DNA of 64,000 bases from Escherichia phage vB_EcoM_PTE-Eco09. Below the pieces are notes generated by a model, which made no database searches, was not told the origin of the DNA, and saw only the letters and a list, made by a program, of their open reading frames with translations. Positions 46,065 through 54,764 of this stretch are shown here, in pieces; the first letter of the stretch is position 1, and each line of letters begins with the position of its first letter. The position numbers and the translations under genes are program-made. Where the stretch lies: sequence record PQ306574.1. One strand, 5' to 3'.

Positions 46065-46796
46065 TCACCTTTTAACAAGTTTTCCAAGAACAAAACCATC
46101 AGGAGGGGTGTCACCGCGTTTCACGACCTTATTAACTACCCCGTTGTTATACCACTTACTACCAGTATGAAAATCGTTAAGCCTTGCTACACGCTCGGCG
46201 AGAGCACCGGACTCACGATCCTTTTGGACTTGTCTTAGACACATTTCCCTGTTAGCGGCTTTGCGTTCCTCCGTCCATTCTATATGGTCCCACCCAACAT
46301 GTAAATTACCCTTGACGAATCCGTCAGGTGGAGTTTCTCCATCTCGAACTCGTATAGATTTAACACCGTCGTTGTACCATGTGCTGCCGGAAACACTATC
46401 TCGCATACCTACTATTGCTTTTTTTAGTTTTCCAGTTTTCATATCACGTTCTACGCGCTCTTTGGCAGAAGAAGACATTTTAGCGCGTACAGAGTCTGAG
46501 TATACCTGGTCTCCGTCATAACGACCGCCAGTAACTACATTATAATAATTGGGATCTTTTACAATGTCAACAGTGACAAGTTCTTTTTCGTATAGGTAAG
46601 CATCTTGCTCGGTATCAAACATTTTTAATATGCGCTTCTCGAAGTTCTCAATGCCATATTTTTCAAATGCAGCACGAAGAAGGTCACCAGACCCCATATA
46701 TCCATCATGCATATTGTTAGTAGAATGTTTACCTATATACAATTTGCCGTTTACAAGATTCTTTATCTCATAAACATAATGAAATCTTTTAGCCAT
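46065..46796 (-). CDS. GIY-YIG homing endonuclease (Seg-like)
   Basis: N-terminal FHYVYEIKNLVNGKLYIGKHS GIY-YIG motif; C-terminal repeated DNA-binding modules (GSTWYNDGVKSIRVRDGETPPDGFVKG / GSKWYNNGVVNKVVKRGDTPPDGFVLG). Confidence 0.75.
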   Translation of the reverse strand: MAKRFHYVYEIKNLVNGKLYIGKHSTNNMHDGYMGSGDLLRAAFEKYGIENFEKRILKMFDTEQDAYLYEKELVTVDIVKDPNYYNVVTGGRYDGDQVYSDSVRAKMSSSAKERVERDMKTGKLKKAIVGMRDSVSGSTWYNDGVKSIRVRDGETPPDGFVKGNLHVGWDHIEWTEERKAANREMCLRQVQKDRESGALAERVARLNDFHTGSKWYNNGVVNKVVKRGDTPPDGFVLGKLVKR

Positions 46797-46868
46797 AGTA
46801 AAAATCTCCGTATGCAATAAATACAGTATACAAATATTTATACAAACACCCCCAATCAGGAGAATAAC

Positions 46869-47597
46869 ATGTTTGATAAAGAATATTTCGAAGAACTCCG
46901 CGCTATTGCGGCGTCCGACGACAAAGAATCACAGAAAGCCACTAAAACAGAATTAGCGGACTACGCAAAACAATTTGATATAAAGGTCAAAAAGACGCTC
47001 TCGCTAGAGAACATGATCGAGTTCGTAGAAACAGAATTAACTAAACTGGCTTCCGAAATGGAAGAAGAAACTCCGGCAGAAGGAACCAGTATTAACGATC
47101 TTATTCTGGCAGCAGACACCGCAGATGATAAAGTGGTATTCGACGAAGTTGATCCGTCTCTGGTTGAAGCAATGAAAGAACCAGAACAAAAAGAAGAACC
47201 AATTACAATTGAAGTTGTAGAAGAAGCCAAACCACACACAGTACCAGTTACAATTGAAGTTGTAGATGTACCGGAAGTTAAAGTGGAATCTCCGGTAGCC
47301 AACCTTTTCTCTGACGAAGCAGATCATCGTTCCCCAGCACATGACACTGATTCATTTTGCGATCTTACTGGCTTCCGTCCGACCATTTGCTTGATCGGTG
47401 GCGGTCGTGGTTACTACTCCTGCCCGTGGTGGATTTTCGACTGGATCGTTAATACTCCAGATTGGAAGAAGTATCCAGAGCGTTTCCCGCACGCGTATGT
47501 ACACGACACCCTCAAGTCACTGATCTATTATATCAAACGCGATGGGTCTGTCAAGGTGCGAGAGACTAAACATAGCCAATTCCACACACTCAAGTAA
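46869..47597 (+). CDS. acidic repeat protein with Hoc-like C-terminal WW(I/V)FD motif (possible Inh-like capsid protein)
   Basis: 242 aa; internal repeat PITIEVVEEAKP/VPVTIEVVDVPEV; C-terminal GYYSCPWWIFDWIVN resembles Hoc C-terminal IGWWVFDEIVK; occupies the inh position between uvsW side and hoc. Confidence 0.4.
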   Translation: MFDKEYFEELRAIAASDDKESQKATKTELADYAKQFDIKVKKTLSLENMIEFVETELTKLASEMEEETPAEGTSINDLILAADTADDKVVFDEVDPSLVEAMKEPEQKEEPITIEVVEEAKPHTVPVTIEVVDVPEVKVESPVANLFSDEADHRSPAHDTDSFCDLTGFRPTICLIGGGRGYYSCPWWIFDWIVNTPDWKKYPERFPHAYVHDTLKSLIYYIKRDGSVKVRETKHSQFHTLK

Positions 47598-47862
47598 TTT
47601 TTGGGTGATAAAAGTTGTGAAATATTTGTTATAATTTTAATTGTAGTTCCGTTATGCAATTAAAAAGAGGATACTACATGTCTAACAAAATCAATGTATT
47701 ACATCAAACAGAACAAATACCCAGACGAGATCGATACTATTTCGGCCTCGTTGCATCACTATTCTAATACTCATGTATTGGAATCTCGCAATGGTTATCT
47801 GGTTGATGGCAATCAACTATTTCAATTAATTAAATTCGGATTTTCTATGGGAGTGGCTTTAT

Positions 47863-49077
47863 ATGGCTTTCACAGTATCAATTAAATCTGACAAAAGATG
47901 TTTTCTTGCTGGAGATGGTTTCACCTTAACGGCGACTGTAGCGGGTGACGAACCATTACCCAGCAATTTGACATATACATGGACAAAAGACGACCAACCA
48001 CATGAAAATAGCACAGCTACGCTATCTGTAGTAGGTGCAACAAGTGAAAATGCGGGTAGCTATAAAGTAACGGTACAGGATACCGATACGATGGAATCAG
48101 TAGAATCTGAAGTTTTCCTCATGGAAGAAGCTGAATTAATCGTAAATATCACCGAACCGCAGCATTTCTACGTATCATCACAAACAGACGTAGAATTACA
48201 TGCAACAGTAAAATTTTCTGGTGGGAAGACTCCAGCAGACAACTATGAACTACATTATAGTTGGAGTAAGGGCGAAGACGTTATAGACACAACACAGGAT
48301 ATTACGATCCAAAAATTTACAGCAGATAAAAACGGCGTGTATACTGTAAAAGTGTGGGGTGAGTCGGAAGATTCAGCCGCTAGCGCATCGACTAAAATCA
48401 TGCTGGCAACAATGAACGTAGATCAGGATGTGGTGGAATCAAAGACCGTGGCACTAGGTAAGGAGATCTTACTTAATTATGTTGTGTCAGAGGACATTGT
48501 AGGCGATTCTAGCGGTATGCCTAAATTGACGATCAAACATAACTGGTATTTGCAGCGCGAAGGGCAACCGTCACCGACTCTGATCGGTAGTGAGGACGGC
48601 GAAGCACTGGAAGGATTTTCTATCATGCCAGACGGTCATCTGTTCAAAGAGAGTGCTACTTACGATGACACAGCCAAATTCTGGTGTGTTGCTAAACTAT
48701 ATCAACAGATTGAAGATGAACCAGTAGAAGTTGCAACAAGTACAAGTAGAAAATGTTCAATGGAAGTTGTTAAAATGTTTCGTTACGTACACCCGATCCC
48801 GTGGCGCAAAACTTCATTTATCTACATTGGATGGTGGGTATTTGACGAGATTGTTAAATTCAATGAGGCTGGGTTAGAGTGGCGTGACCGAGAAGTTTAT
48901 TCTACCAGCAAGTACGCCAAAGATCTGGAGACAATCGCGGCAGCGGAAGAAAAATATAGTGATTGCACTTGCATGGAATCTCGCAATGGTTTCATGTATC
49001 ATTCCAAAGAGTTACATAAACTGGACCGAGATACGTTAGAGCGAGTTCTACGCATTCGTGAAACGCATCCTGCTTAA
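47863..49077 (+). CDS. hoc: highly immunogenic outer capsid protein Hoc
   Basis: Ig-like repeat signatures (LTYTWTKDD...AGSYKVTVQD) and C-terminal capsid-binding region matching recalled T4 Hoc (YVHP.P.R.S..YI.GWWV.DEI.K..E.G..W......ESRNG...H). Confidence 0.8.
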   Translation: MAFTVSIKSDKRCFLAGDGFTLTATVAGDEPLPSNLTYTWTKDDQPHENSTATLSVVGATSENAGSYKVTVQDTDTMESVESEVFLMEEAELIVNITEPQHFYVSSQTDVELHATVKFSGGKTPADNYELHYSWSKGEDVIDTTQDITIQKFTADKNGVYTVKVWGESEDSAASASTKIMLATMNVDQDVVESKTVALGKEILLNYVVSEDIVGDSSGMPKLTIKHNWYLQREGQPSPTLIGSEDGEALEGFSIMPDGHLFKESATYDDTAKFWCVAKLYQQIEDEPVEVATSTSRKCSMEVVKMFRYVHPIPWRKTSFIYIGWWVFDEIVKFNEAGLEWRDREVYSTSKYAKDLETIAAAEEKYSDCTCMESRNGFMYHSKELHKLDRDTLERVLRIRETHPA

Positions 49078-49088
49078 TGAAATCTATC

Positions 49089-49115
49089 AGCCATCCTTCG
49101 GGGTGGCTTTTTTGT
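49089..49115 (+). terminator. intrinsic terminator after hoc
   Basis: GCCATCC-TTCG-GGGTGGC hairpin (UUCG loop) followed by TTTTTTGTTTTT. Confidence 0.7.
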
Positions 49116-49124
49116 TTTTAGTGC

Positions 49125-49152
49125 TTGACAGAGCGATTTAGATGCCTATAAT
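49125..49152 (+). promoter_or_regulatory. sigma70-like promoter (TTGACA-16-TATAAT)
   Basis: TTGACA 49125-49130, TATAAT 49147-49152. Confidence 0.5.
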
Positions 49153-49279
49153 GGCACGCATCGACATGCTACTGTCCATAGTGAGGCGAATAAAATATTA
49201 TGAATATGGGGGTTGAAATGGCGTTGATAACTGTTACTGTATTATTCGTTGTTGTGTTTATGAATGTATGAGGTGAAGT

Positions 49280-49477
49280 ATGAATGAGATTGTACGATTG
49301 ATCAAAGAAGCACCAATCGAGATGTATTTTCTGGCTTTGGTTGCAACAATGGTCTATCAGCTAGTCGCATGTCATGTGTGGAAGTCGGAAAATGCTTTTA
49401 TCCGGTTTTTTGGTACTGTCATGATCCAGTTTCCGGTACTGATCACTATCCTGTTAATCGTCAATGGGGCGAAGTGA
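49280..49477 (+). CDS. hypothetical small membrane protein
   Basis: 65-aa ORF with two hydrophobic segments. Confidence 0.4.
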   Translation: MNEIVRLIKEAPIEMYFLALVATMVYQLVACHVWKSENAFIRFFGTVMIQFPVLITILLIVNGAK

Positions 49478-49752
49478 TGGACAAGAAAACAGCGTTAATG
49501 GTTTACATGCTACGAGAAGACCACGGTCTTAATTTTGTTGATATTGCTAAAAAGATTGGCGGGATCAGCGGACAAGATGCGGCTAAGGCATGGTTGATGG
49601 TAAAAGATGCACGCGAGGCTTACGCCAGCCGCGAAAAGGTTGTTTATCGTAAACACCATATCAACAAAAAATTTAAAAATAAAGTTCAAAAACGTGTTGA
49701 CAAGCCAAATAACACTGTTATAATGGACGCATTCAAACGGGCAATGTCCTGA
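49477..49752 (+). CDS. hypothetical basic protein
   Basis: 91-aa ORF, ATG overlapping upstream stop (TGATG). Confidence 0.4.
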   Translation: MDKKTALMVYMLREDHGLNFVDIAKKIGGISGQDAAKAWLMVKDAREAYASREKVVYRKHHINKKFKNKVQKRVDKPNNTVIMDAFKRAMS

Positions 49753-49798
49753 TTTGTAATTAATATTCTGAATAACTAATCAATAGAGGTGACTAATT

Positions 49799-50236
49799 AT
49801 GAAATTCCGTAAAAACCACGTAGCAATGAAAAAGGCAATGTTCGAAGCATTCAAAGCAGTTGATCAGGGCGGTGTTACTCTGATTGAGCAAATTAATGTT
49901 GATGTTTGGCAATCTCCGGCGATCACCTGCTCCCGTCTTGCTACGGCTGGCCTTCTGAAAGTTCACAGCTCTACCGCATACGACGAAGCATTGCAAGTCA
50001 TTAAGGCTTTTGCGGGAGACGTTACCAGCAAGTGGGTCTATGTGAATAAAGGTGAAATTGCGGTTGCTCACGTAGGCAACAATATTCAGATGGAAATCAA
50101 GATTAAGGAAGGGTCTAAACGCAATCAGATGCTTGTTCGATTCCAACCATACAAAACTAACGTAGTGCCGGATGATCTGATCATCTCTAAGAGTAATGTT
50201 ACCATTCGCCGAAATCAGATCGTTATCAACAAATAA
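49799..50236 (+). CDS. hypothetical protein
   Basis: 145-aa ORF with SD GAGGTG; followed by terminator. Confidence 0.45.
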   Translation: MKFRKNHVAMKKAMFEAFKAVDQGGVTLIEQINVDVWQSPAITCSRLATAGLLKVHSSTAYDEALQVIKAFAGDVTSKWVYVNKGEIAVAHVGNNIQMEIKIKEGSKRNQMLVRFQPYKTNVVPDDLIISKSNVTIRRNQIVINK

Positions 50237-50244
50237 TTAACATT

Positions 50245-50271
50245 AGCCGTCCTTCGGGGCGGCTTTTTTGT
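50245..50271 (+). terminator. intrinsic terminator
   Basis: AGCCGTCC-TTCG-GGGCGGCT hairpin followed by TTTTTTG. Confidence 0.7.
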
Positions 50272-50322
50272 ATATGTTATTAACATAATTTTAGTTTACA
50301 TGTGCACAATATTAATACTGTT

Positions 50323-50497
50323 TGATTAAATTATGATCAAAACGAAGAAAGATCTTTAGAACATAGAAAATGTATCTTTGGTTAATTATTAATCACTACA
50401 TATTGTAACACAAATGTTATACTCCGTAGGAGTTCGCGAAGCGATATCCTTTTGTGTAGTTTTTACATGTATGATTAAATTATGATCAAAACGAAGA
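50323..50497 (+). repeat. pair of 26-bp direct repeats in a 380-bp non-coding region
   Basis: TGATTAAATTATGATCAAAACGAAGA at 50323-50348 and 50472-50497, each preceded by TTTACATGT and containing TGAT/ATCA dyad elements. Confidence 0.7.
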
Positions 50498-50650
50498 CTT
50501 ATCTTATAGAATAATAAAAATTTGTTTCGAACATTTATTAATCAATTACTGGAAGTGTTTTTAATGCTCGCTGTGCTCGCTTCCGCTACGCGGATACTTG
50601 TATTTGTTATTAACTTGTAGTATGATATTGCTTTCTATGGAGGAAATATT

Positions 50651-51238
50651 ATGTTTGACCAGTTACAAGATCTATTTGGAGTAAAACCACTTCGTAGATG
50701 TGCTTTAATCGGCTCTAGAAAAGCGCCTAGCGACATTTTGATAATGGCTAGTACCATTGGGAGGGTATTGTCAGAAAATCGCGTTGTAGCGCATTCTGGA
50801 GGGGCTTACGGTATGGACAATGCTTTCATGAAGTATTACGATCCAGAGTATAGAAAAATTTTCATTCCAAATTGGAAGTTTTATGACCACAAGCATAACG
50901 GTCATGATGTGATTGCATGGCAAACCTTAGAACAAAAAAATCTGGCGATGGATGAATTAGAACACGTTTATGATAATCCTCGTTCTATACCGTTATACAT
51001 GCAAAATCTGTTTTCTAGAAATGTTGCTCAAGTCTTAGGTGAGACACTTGATGATCCTGTAGATTGTGTGATATTCTGGGCGAAAGAAGTTAATGGAATC
51101 GTTTCTGGAGGAACTAGAATTGCTGTTTATGTTGCCCGTAGACATGGGATACCATGTTTTAACTTATATCATCAAGAAAATAGATCCGCCGTCGAAAAAA
51201 TCTTGGGCGGATCTGACTTGTCTTGGTTAGATATTTAG
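50651..51238 (+). CDS. DprA/Smf-like Rossmann-fold (SLOG superfamily) protein
   Basis: ALIGSRKAP, VAHSGGAYGMDNA, LFSRNVAQVLG and IVSGGTRIAVYVARRHGIPCF blocks parallel DprA signature (GSR ... SGxAxGxD ... FxxRN ... SGxxxTAxxA ... G). Confidence 0.5.
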   Translation: MFDQLQDLFGVKPLRRCALIGSRKAPSDILIMASTIGRVLSENRVVAHSGGAYGMDNAFMKYYDPEYRKIFIPNWKFYDHKHNGHDVIAWQTLEQKNLAMDELEHVYDNPRSIPLYMQNLFSRNVAQVLGETLDDPVDCVIFWAKEVNGIVSGGTRIAVYVARRHGIPCFNLYHQENRSAVEKILGGSDLSWLDI

Positions 51239-52480
51239 TTAAGCGTTGTCAATCTCAAGCGGTGGCAGTTCGATTCCTAAAATGTAGGACATTTCTGAAC
51301 GTCCAGCCATTTTACCCCAATCGTCACCCTTGATGACCTGGTGTTCTTCCTGATCAACTTTTGATGTATATGGGTTGACAGAGAGTGAATAACGATTCAT
51401 AATAGCTACATGATGCTGGAAGCTATTAGGGTCAATTACACTCTTATACGCGCCAGCGCCGTCGGCTTCTGTATATGGGGAGTAGAACAGAGAACCTACA
51501 CTCTCCATATCACCGATCATGTGCTTACAACCAACGAGCATATAATCGAAAGGTGTTGTCGTGTCTGCGTACACTTCCAGACCGCAACGTAGACGACCTT
51601 CGCTTAGAGCATTGTCGGTTTCTTCCATCCAACCGGAAGATTGCAGGAGGCCAACCACGCGAGAAGACGCCAAAACGTATGTACCAGCAAAGGAGGAAGT
51701 CCGCAACATTTGATTGCTCATTTCGCAAGCATAGCGGTAAAGTTCACGCGCTTGTGTTGGTGCATCCTGAACGCTAACGAGAGAAAGTACGCCATCAGGG
51801 GTGATCCCTTTAATTTTATAGCGAGATGATACAGTGATCAACTTCTGAATAATATCTTTGTTGATCTCTTCGGAAGCAACAGTAGCCAGAAGATCAATTA
51901 CAGAGTTTTCAGAGTTGATTTGGCTTGCCTCAAGATCCTGCATCAATTCGGTCGTGAATGAGGTTTTCAGTTTACGAGAACCTACATTAACTTGCCACTT
52001 GTCAAACTGCATAGAGGTAGACGCAATTTCGGTGTTTTTATCTTCAAAGTATTCTACCGATGCACAATCGCTATAGAAACGAATTTTGTTTGTCATTACG
52101 CCTTTAAAGATCGCAGCTTCTGGAGTTGCGGCATCTTCACCGACTGTACCAGCGGTCACAACTTCGTATACAACATCGCCTGATTTGAATAGTGCGCCTT
52201 CGTCATAAGATTTTTCTTTTGAAAACTCTTCAATCTCTGTGCGATCACCAACCGCGCCACCGTAGGTTGCAGCAGTTCGGAAAGTCATCTGACCATCATG
52301 ATTAAGATAACGTAGGCCGTACAATGCAGATACTGGTTGATCCGTTGGCTGGATTGCTACCAGATCAGAGAAAATCAGGTTGTTTACCGCGCGAGTTAAT
52401 GATAATAGTTGCGGTCGCGCTGTCTGGTTAGCTACTGAGGAAGTAGATTCCCGCAACAGTTCAGTAAAAATATGAGTCAT
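51239..52480 (-). CDS. 24: head vertex protein gp24
   Basis: Matches recalled T4 gp24 (ELLRESTS...RP.L..LTRA...LI.SD.VA.Q.T.QPV.A.YG..YLN, KWQ..V.SRKLKT..T.EL.QDLEA, DLLAT....EINKDI.Q.LITVS.RYK..GIT, LYR..CEM, SIFY.PYTE, NPYT, DKMAGRS); ATG taken at MTHIF (52480). Confidence 0.85.
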   Translation of the reverse strand: MTHIFTELLRESTSSVANQTARPQLLSLTRAVNNLIFSDLVAIQPTDQPVSALYGLRYLNHDGQMTFRTAATYGGAVGDRTEIEEFSKEKSYDEGALFKSGDVVYEVVTAGTVGEDAATPEAAIFKGVMTNKIRFYSDCASVEYFEDKNTEIASTSMQFDKWQVNVGSRKLKTSFTTELMQDLEASQINSENSVIDLLATVASEEINKDIIQKLITVSSRYKIKGITPDGVLSLVSVQDAPTQARELYRYACEMSNQMLRTSSFAGTYVLASSRVVGLLQSSGWMEETDNALSEGRLRCGLEVYADTTTPFDYMLVGCKHMIGDMESVGSLFYSPYTEADGAGAYKSVIDPNSFQHHVAIMNRYSLSVNPYTSKVDQEEHQVIKGDDWGKMAGRSEMSYILGIELPPLEIDNA

Positions 52481-52517
52481 GTTTATGAATCCTGTATTTG
52501 CCTTAATGGATATATCA

Positions 52518-52525
52518 TATTTATA
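52518..52525 (-). promoter_or_regulatory. T4-type late promoter (TATAAATA) for gene 24
   Basis: TATTTATA on + strand about 40 nt upstream of gene 24 ATG on - strand. Confidence 0.55.
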
Positions 52526-52564
52526 CAAAAAGAAAAAGGAATCCAAAGGATTCCAAAAATAAAC

Positions 52565-52717
52565 TTACTTCTTCCTAGAAACATTATCAACGCTACGGTT
52601 AACTTTGTTTACCAGATTAATTGCATGATCAGAACGAATAATTGCATAAGCTAATGCTAACATCAATTCGTTGTATTCCTTACGAGTCATAACATAGCTG
52701 TTTTCTTTCTTACTCAT
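52565..52717 (-). CDS. hypothetical small protein
   Basis: 50-codon ORF (MSKKENSYVMTRKEYNELMLALAYAIIRSDH...) with strong SD AAGGAGG 5 nt upstream of ATG. Confidence 0.35.
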   Translation of the reverse strand: MSKKENSYVMTRKEYNELMLALAYAIIRSDHAINLVNKVNRSVDNVSRKK

Positions 52718-52974
52718 GCATTCCTCCTTATGGAGAATTTTGGGTTAGTTCAGGGAACAGCGTACCAAAACCAAAAATTACCGCTAGCGTCACGCTGGAA
52801 TGCCATAACAAGGTCCGTCATACACCAGATCTTGTATATCTATCAAATCTATCCGACCCAACATCAGCATGAACGCTCATTTCATTCATTGGTCCCTTTG
52901 CCATGCAGTTACTACGAAAATTGGTGGAATTGTTTGTTGTGTGTATCTATTTTCGCTCCCAATAGAATATAGGC

Positions 52975-53108
52975 TTGCAACCTTATTTATGACGGGTTAT
53001 AATACGCAAAAAGGGAAGACCCTTTCGAGTCTTCCCTTTGGAATTAACACTTTACACTGTCATAAGGTTTATGATAGGTCGGGTATTGCACCCGACCGGA
53101 GTTTTTCA
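52975..53108 (+). ncRNA. candidate small RNA (promoter to terminator unit, antisense to gene 23 3' region)
   Basis: TTGCAA (52975-52980)-17 bp-TATAAT (52998-53003), then about 95 nt with two stable hairpins, the second (GGTCGGGT...ACCCGACC) followed by GGAGTTTTT; no ORF with RBS inside. Confidence 0.3.
53005..53036 (-). terminator. intrinsic terminator downstream of gene 23
   Basis: GGGAAGAC...GTCTTCCC hairpin followed on - strand by TTTTTGCG. Confidence 0.6.
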
Positions 53109-53121
53109 GGAATTGCTTATA

Positions 53122-54705
53122 TTAGCAACCTTTAACCCAAACACGACGGAAGTATGCGTTTTTACCTACGCTGTCTTTGCTCAACATACCGGAGGTGATG
53201 CGAGCGGACGGTGACTGGGATTTGCTGTCTGCAAACGGGTTAATACCGATGCCGTAGCGAGTCTTGAAGCCAAGAACCGGGTGGAAAGACTGCGGGTCAG
53301 TTGCACGCAGCGGAGTCAGAGCAACATACGGAGCATAGTAGATACCAGCATCCATTTCGTTATCGCCTTTGTAACCTACGGTGAAGTAGTCCTGACGAGC
53401 ATACTGGTCGATGAATACTTTGTACTTACCAGCCAGAACACCAGCGAAAACAGCTTTAGTGGTGTCGGTATTCAGACCCTGTGCAGCACCCTGCATAGCA
53501 AGACTGATACCCTGATCAGCAGAAGCCAGAATGTTTACAACGTTACGGGAAGCGATAATAAAGTTACCAGCACCGCGACCAGTCTGACGAGCGATTTCAG
53601 CAGCTTCTTTGTCGATCTGGTAGATCAGAGATTTGAAGGATTCACCAGCCCAACGAGCACCGCGAGTATCGATCGGGTCTTGCAGGTCAAATACACCAGC
53701 TTTAGAACCAACGGTCTGAGTCATACCAGTCTTACCAACCTGAGCGGTAAAGTTGATCACATCAACGATTTCGCGGTTGATTTCCAGCAGAACTTCGTTA
53801 GCCAGGATAGCATTCAGTTCGGCATCAGCATCCATACCGTGTACAGCACGCAGATCCTGCGCAACTTCGATAGAGTAACGAGCTTTCAGTTGGCGAGATT
53901 TCGCTTCAACAACCTGTTTGTCAATACGCATTGACATTTCGTTCCACGGGTTATTCTGAGAACCATTAAACCCTTGCTGCAATTCAGCGATGGAAGTAGC
54001 CATACCAGCAGCAATTTCAGCCAGTTCGCCTTTTTCGATCAGCTTCATTACGCATTCATCAAGGGTATCTCCCGCCTGAGTAGGTGTTACGGTAGAACCT
54101 TTAACGTTTTGCAGATATGCAATACCAGTCTGTTCGAATACGTGATATACAATATCACCTTCGTTGATTGCTTGGCTGTTTTGCAGTTTCTGGAATGCAG
54201 TACCAGTCGGAGAGCTTGCGGTTGCGTCTTTAGCGGCAAGAGAGCTATGATATACATCCGGCGCAAACATCGGGTGGAATGCTTCGCGAGCATCGGATTT
54301 CAGCGGATCGCCACCGTATACAGAACGGATTGCAAAGATCTGGCTAGTCGGAGTGCTCATCGGCTGAACGCCACAAATATCAAATGCGATCAGGTTAGGG
54401 ATAGCACGGCGAACCATACCGATAACAGCCGGACCTACGTTGGTGATTGCACCAGTGGTCTGACCTGCGGCGATTTTGGATGCATCGTAACCGTGGTCGC
54501 CAGCAACTTCTGCTTCGGTGATAAAGCCACCAAATGCTTCAACAACTTTTTCATCCTTATAGATCGGGTCTACAGCAAAATCCGCTTCCTGAGATTCCAG
54601 AATTTTAGCAACCAGTTTCTGCTTAGACGCAGTTGCGATTTCCGGCAGTTTTTCGTTCTCCAGCAGCGGGGACCATTTTTCCATCAGTTCTTTGGTAGTT
54701 TTCAT
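53122..54705 (-). CDS. 23: major capsid protein gp23
   Basis: Strong match to recalled T4 gp23 (KW.PLLE.E.LPEIA, GGDHGY.A..IAAGQT.GA.T..GPAV.GMVRRAIPNLIAFDICGVQPM..PT.Q.FA.R.VYG.DP). Confidence 0.95.
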   Translation of the reverse strand: MKTTKELMEKWSPLLENEKLPEIATASKQKLVAKILESQEADFAVDPIYKDEKVVEAFGGFITEAEVAGDHGYDASKIAAGQTTGAITNVGPAVIGMVRRAIPNLIAFDICGVQPMSTPTSQIFAIRSVYGGDPLKSDAREAFHPMFAPDVYHSSLAAKDATASSPTGTAFQKLQNSQAINEGDIVYHVFEQTGIAYLQNVKGSTVTPTQAGDTLDECVMKLIEKGELAEIAAGMATSIAELQQGFNGSQNNPWNEMSMRIDKQVVEAKSRQLKARYSIEVAQDLRAVHGMDADAELNAILANEVLLEINREIVDVINFTAQVGKTGMTQTVGSKAGVFDLQDPIDTRGARWAGESFKSLIYQIDKEAAEIARQTGRGAGNFIIASRNVVNILASADQGISLAMQGAAQGLNTDTTKAVFAGVLAGKYKVFIDQYARQDYFTVGYKGDNEMDAGIYYAPYVALTPLRATDPQSFHPVLGFKTRYGIGINPFADSKSQSPSARITSGMLSKDSVGKNAYFRRVWVKGC

Positions 54706-54738
54706 GTTCTTTAAACCTTGTTTGTTGTTAACCTAAAG

Positions 54739-54746
54739 TATTTATA
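54739..54746 (-). promoter_or_regulatory. T4-type late promoter (TATAAATA) for gene 23
   Basis: TATTTATA on + strand about 34 nt upstream of gene 23 ATG. Confidence 0.6.
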
Positions 54747-54764
54747 AAGTAGATTTGAATTACA

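Noticed and set aside
47694-47885. ORF 47694-47885 as an independent gene
   Set aside because: It overlaps the hoc start and an alternative small ORF with a better RBS (47678); its ESRNGY motif looks like a remnant of a Hoc C-terminus. Treated as a possible gene fragment, not a confident CDS.
49369-49476. 5' extension of the ORF at 49369-49752
   Set aside because: It overlaps the preceding membrane-protein ORF in another frame; the ATG at 49477 overlapping the upstream stop (TGATG) is the more plausible start.
52730-53135. Three + strand ORFs (52730-52972, 52869-53135) or a tRNA in the 23-24 interval
   Set aside because: The ORFs have no RBS and run through terminator hairpins; no cloverleaf-compatible acceptor/T-arm arrangement was seen, so a tRNA is unlikely.
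53281-54714. Large + strand ORFs (53281-53934, 53974-54714) opposite gene 23
   Set aside because: Antisense to the major capsid gene, with low-complexity Ser/Thr/Phe-rich translations; shadow ORFs.
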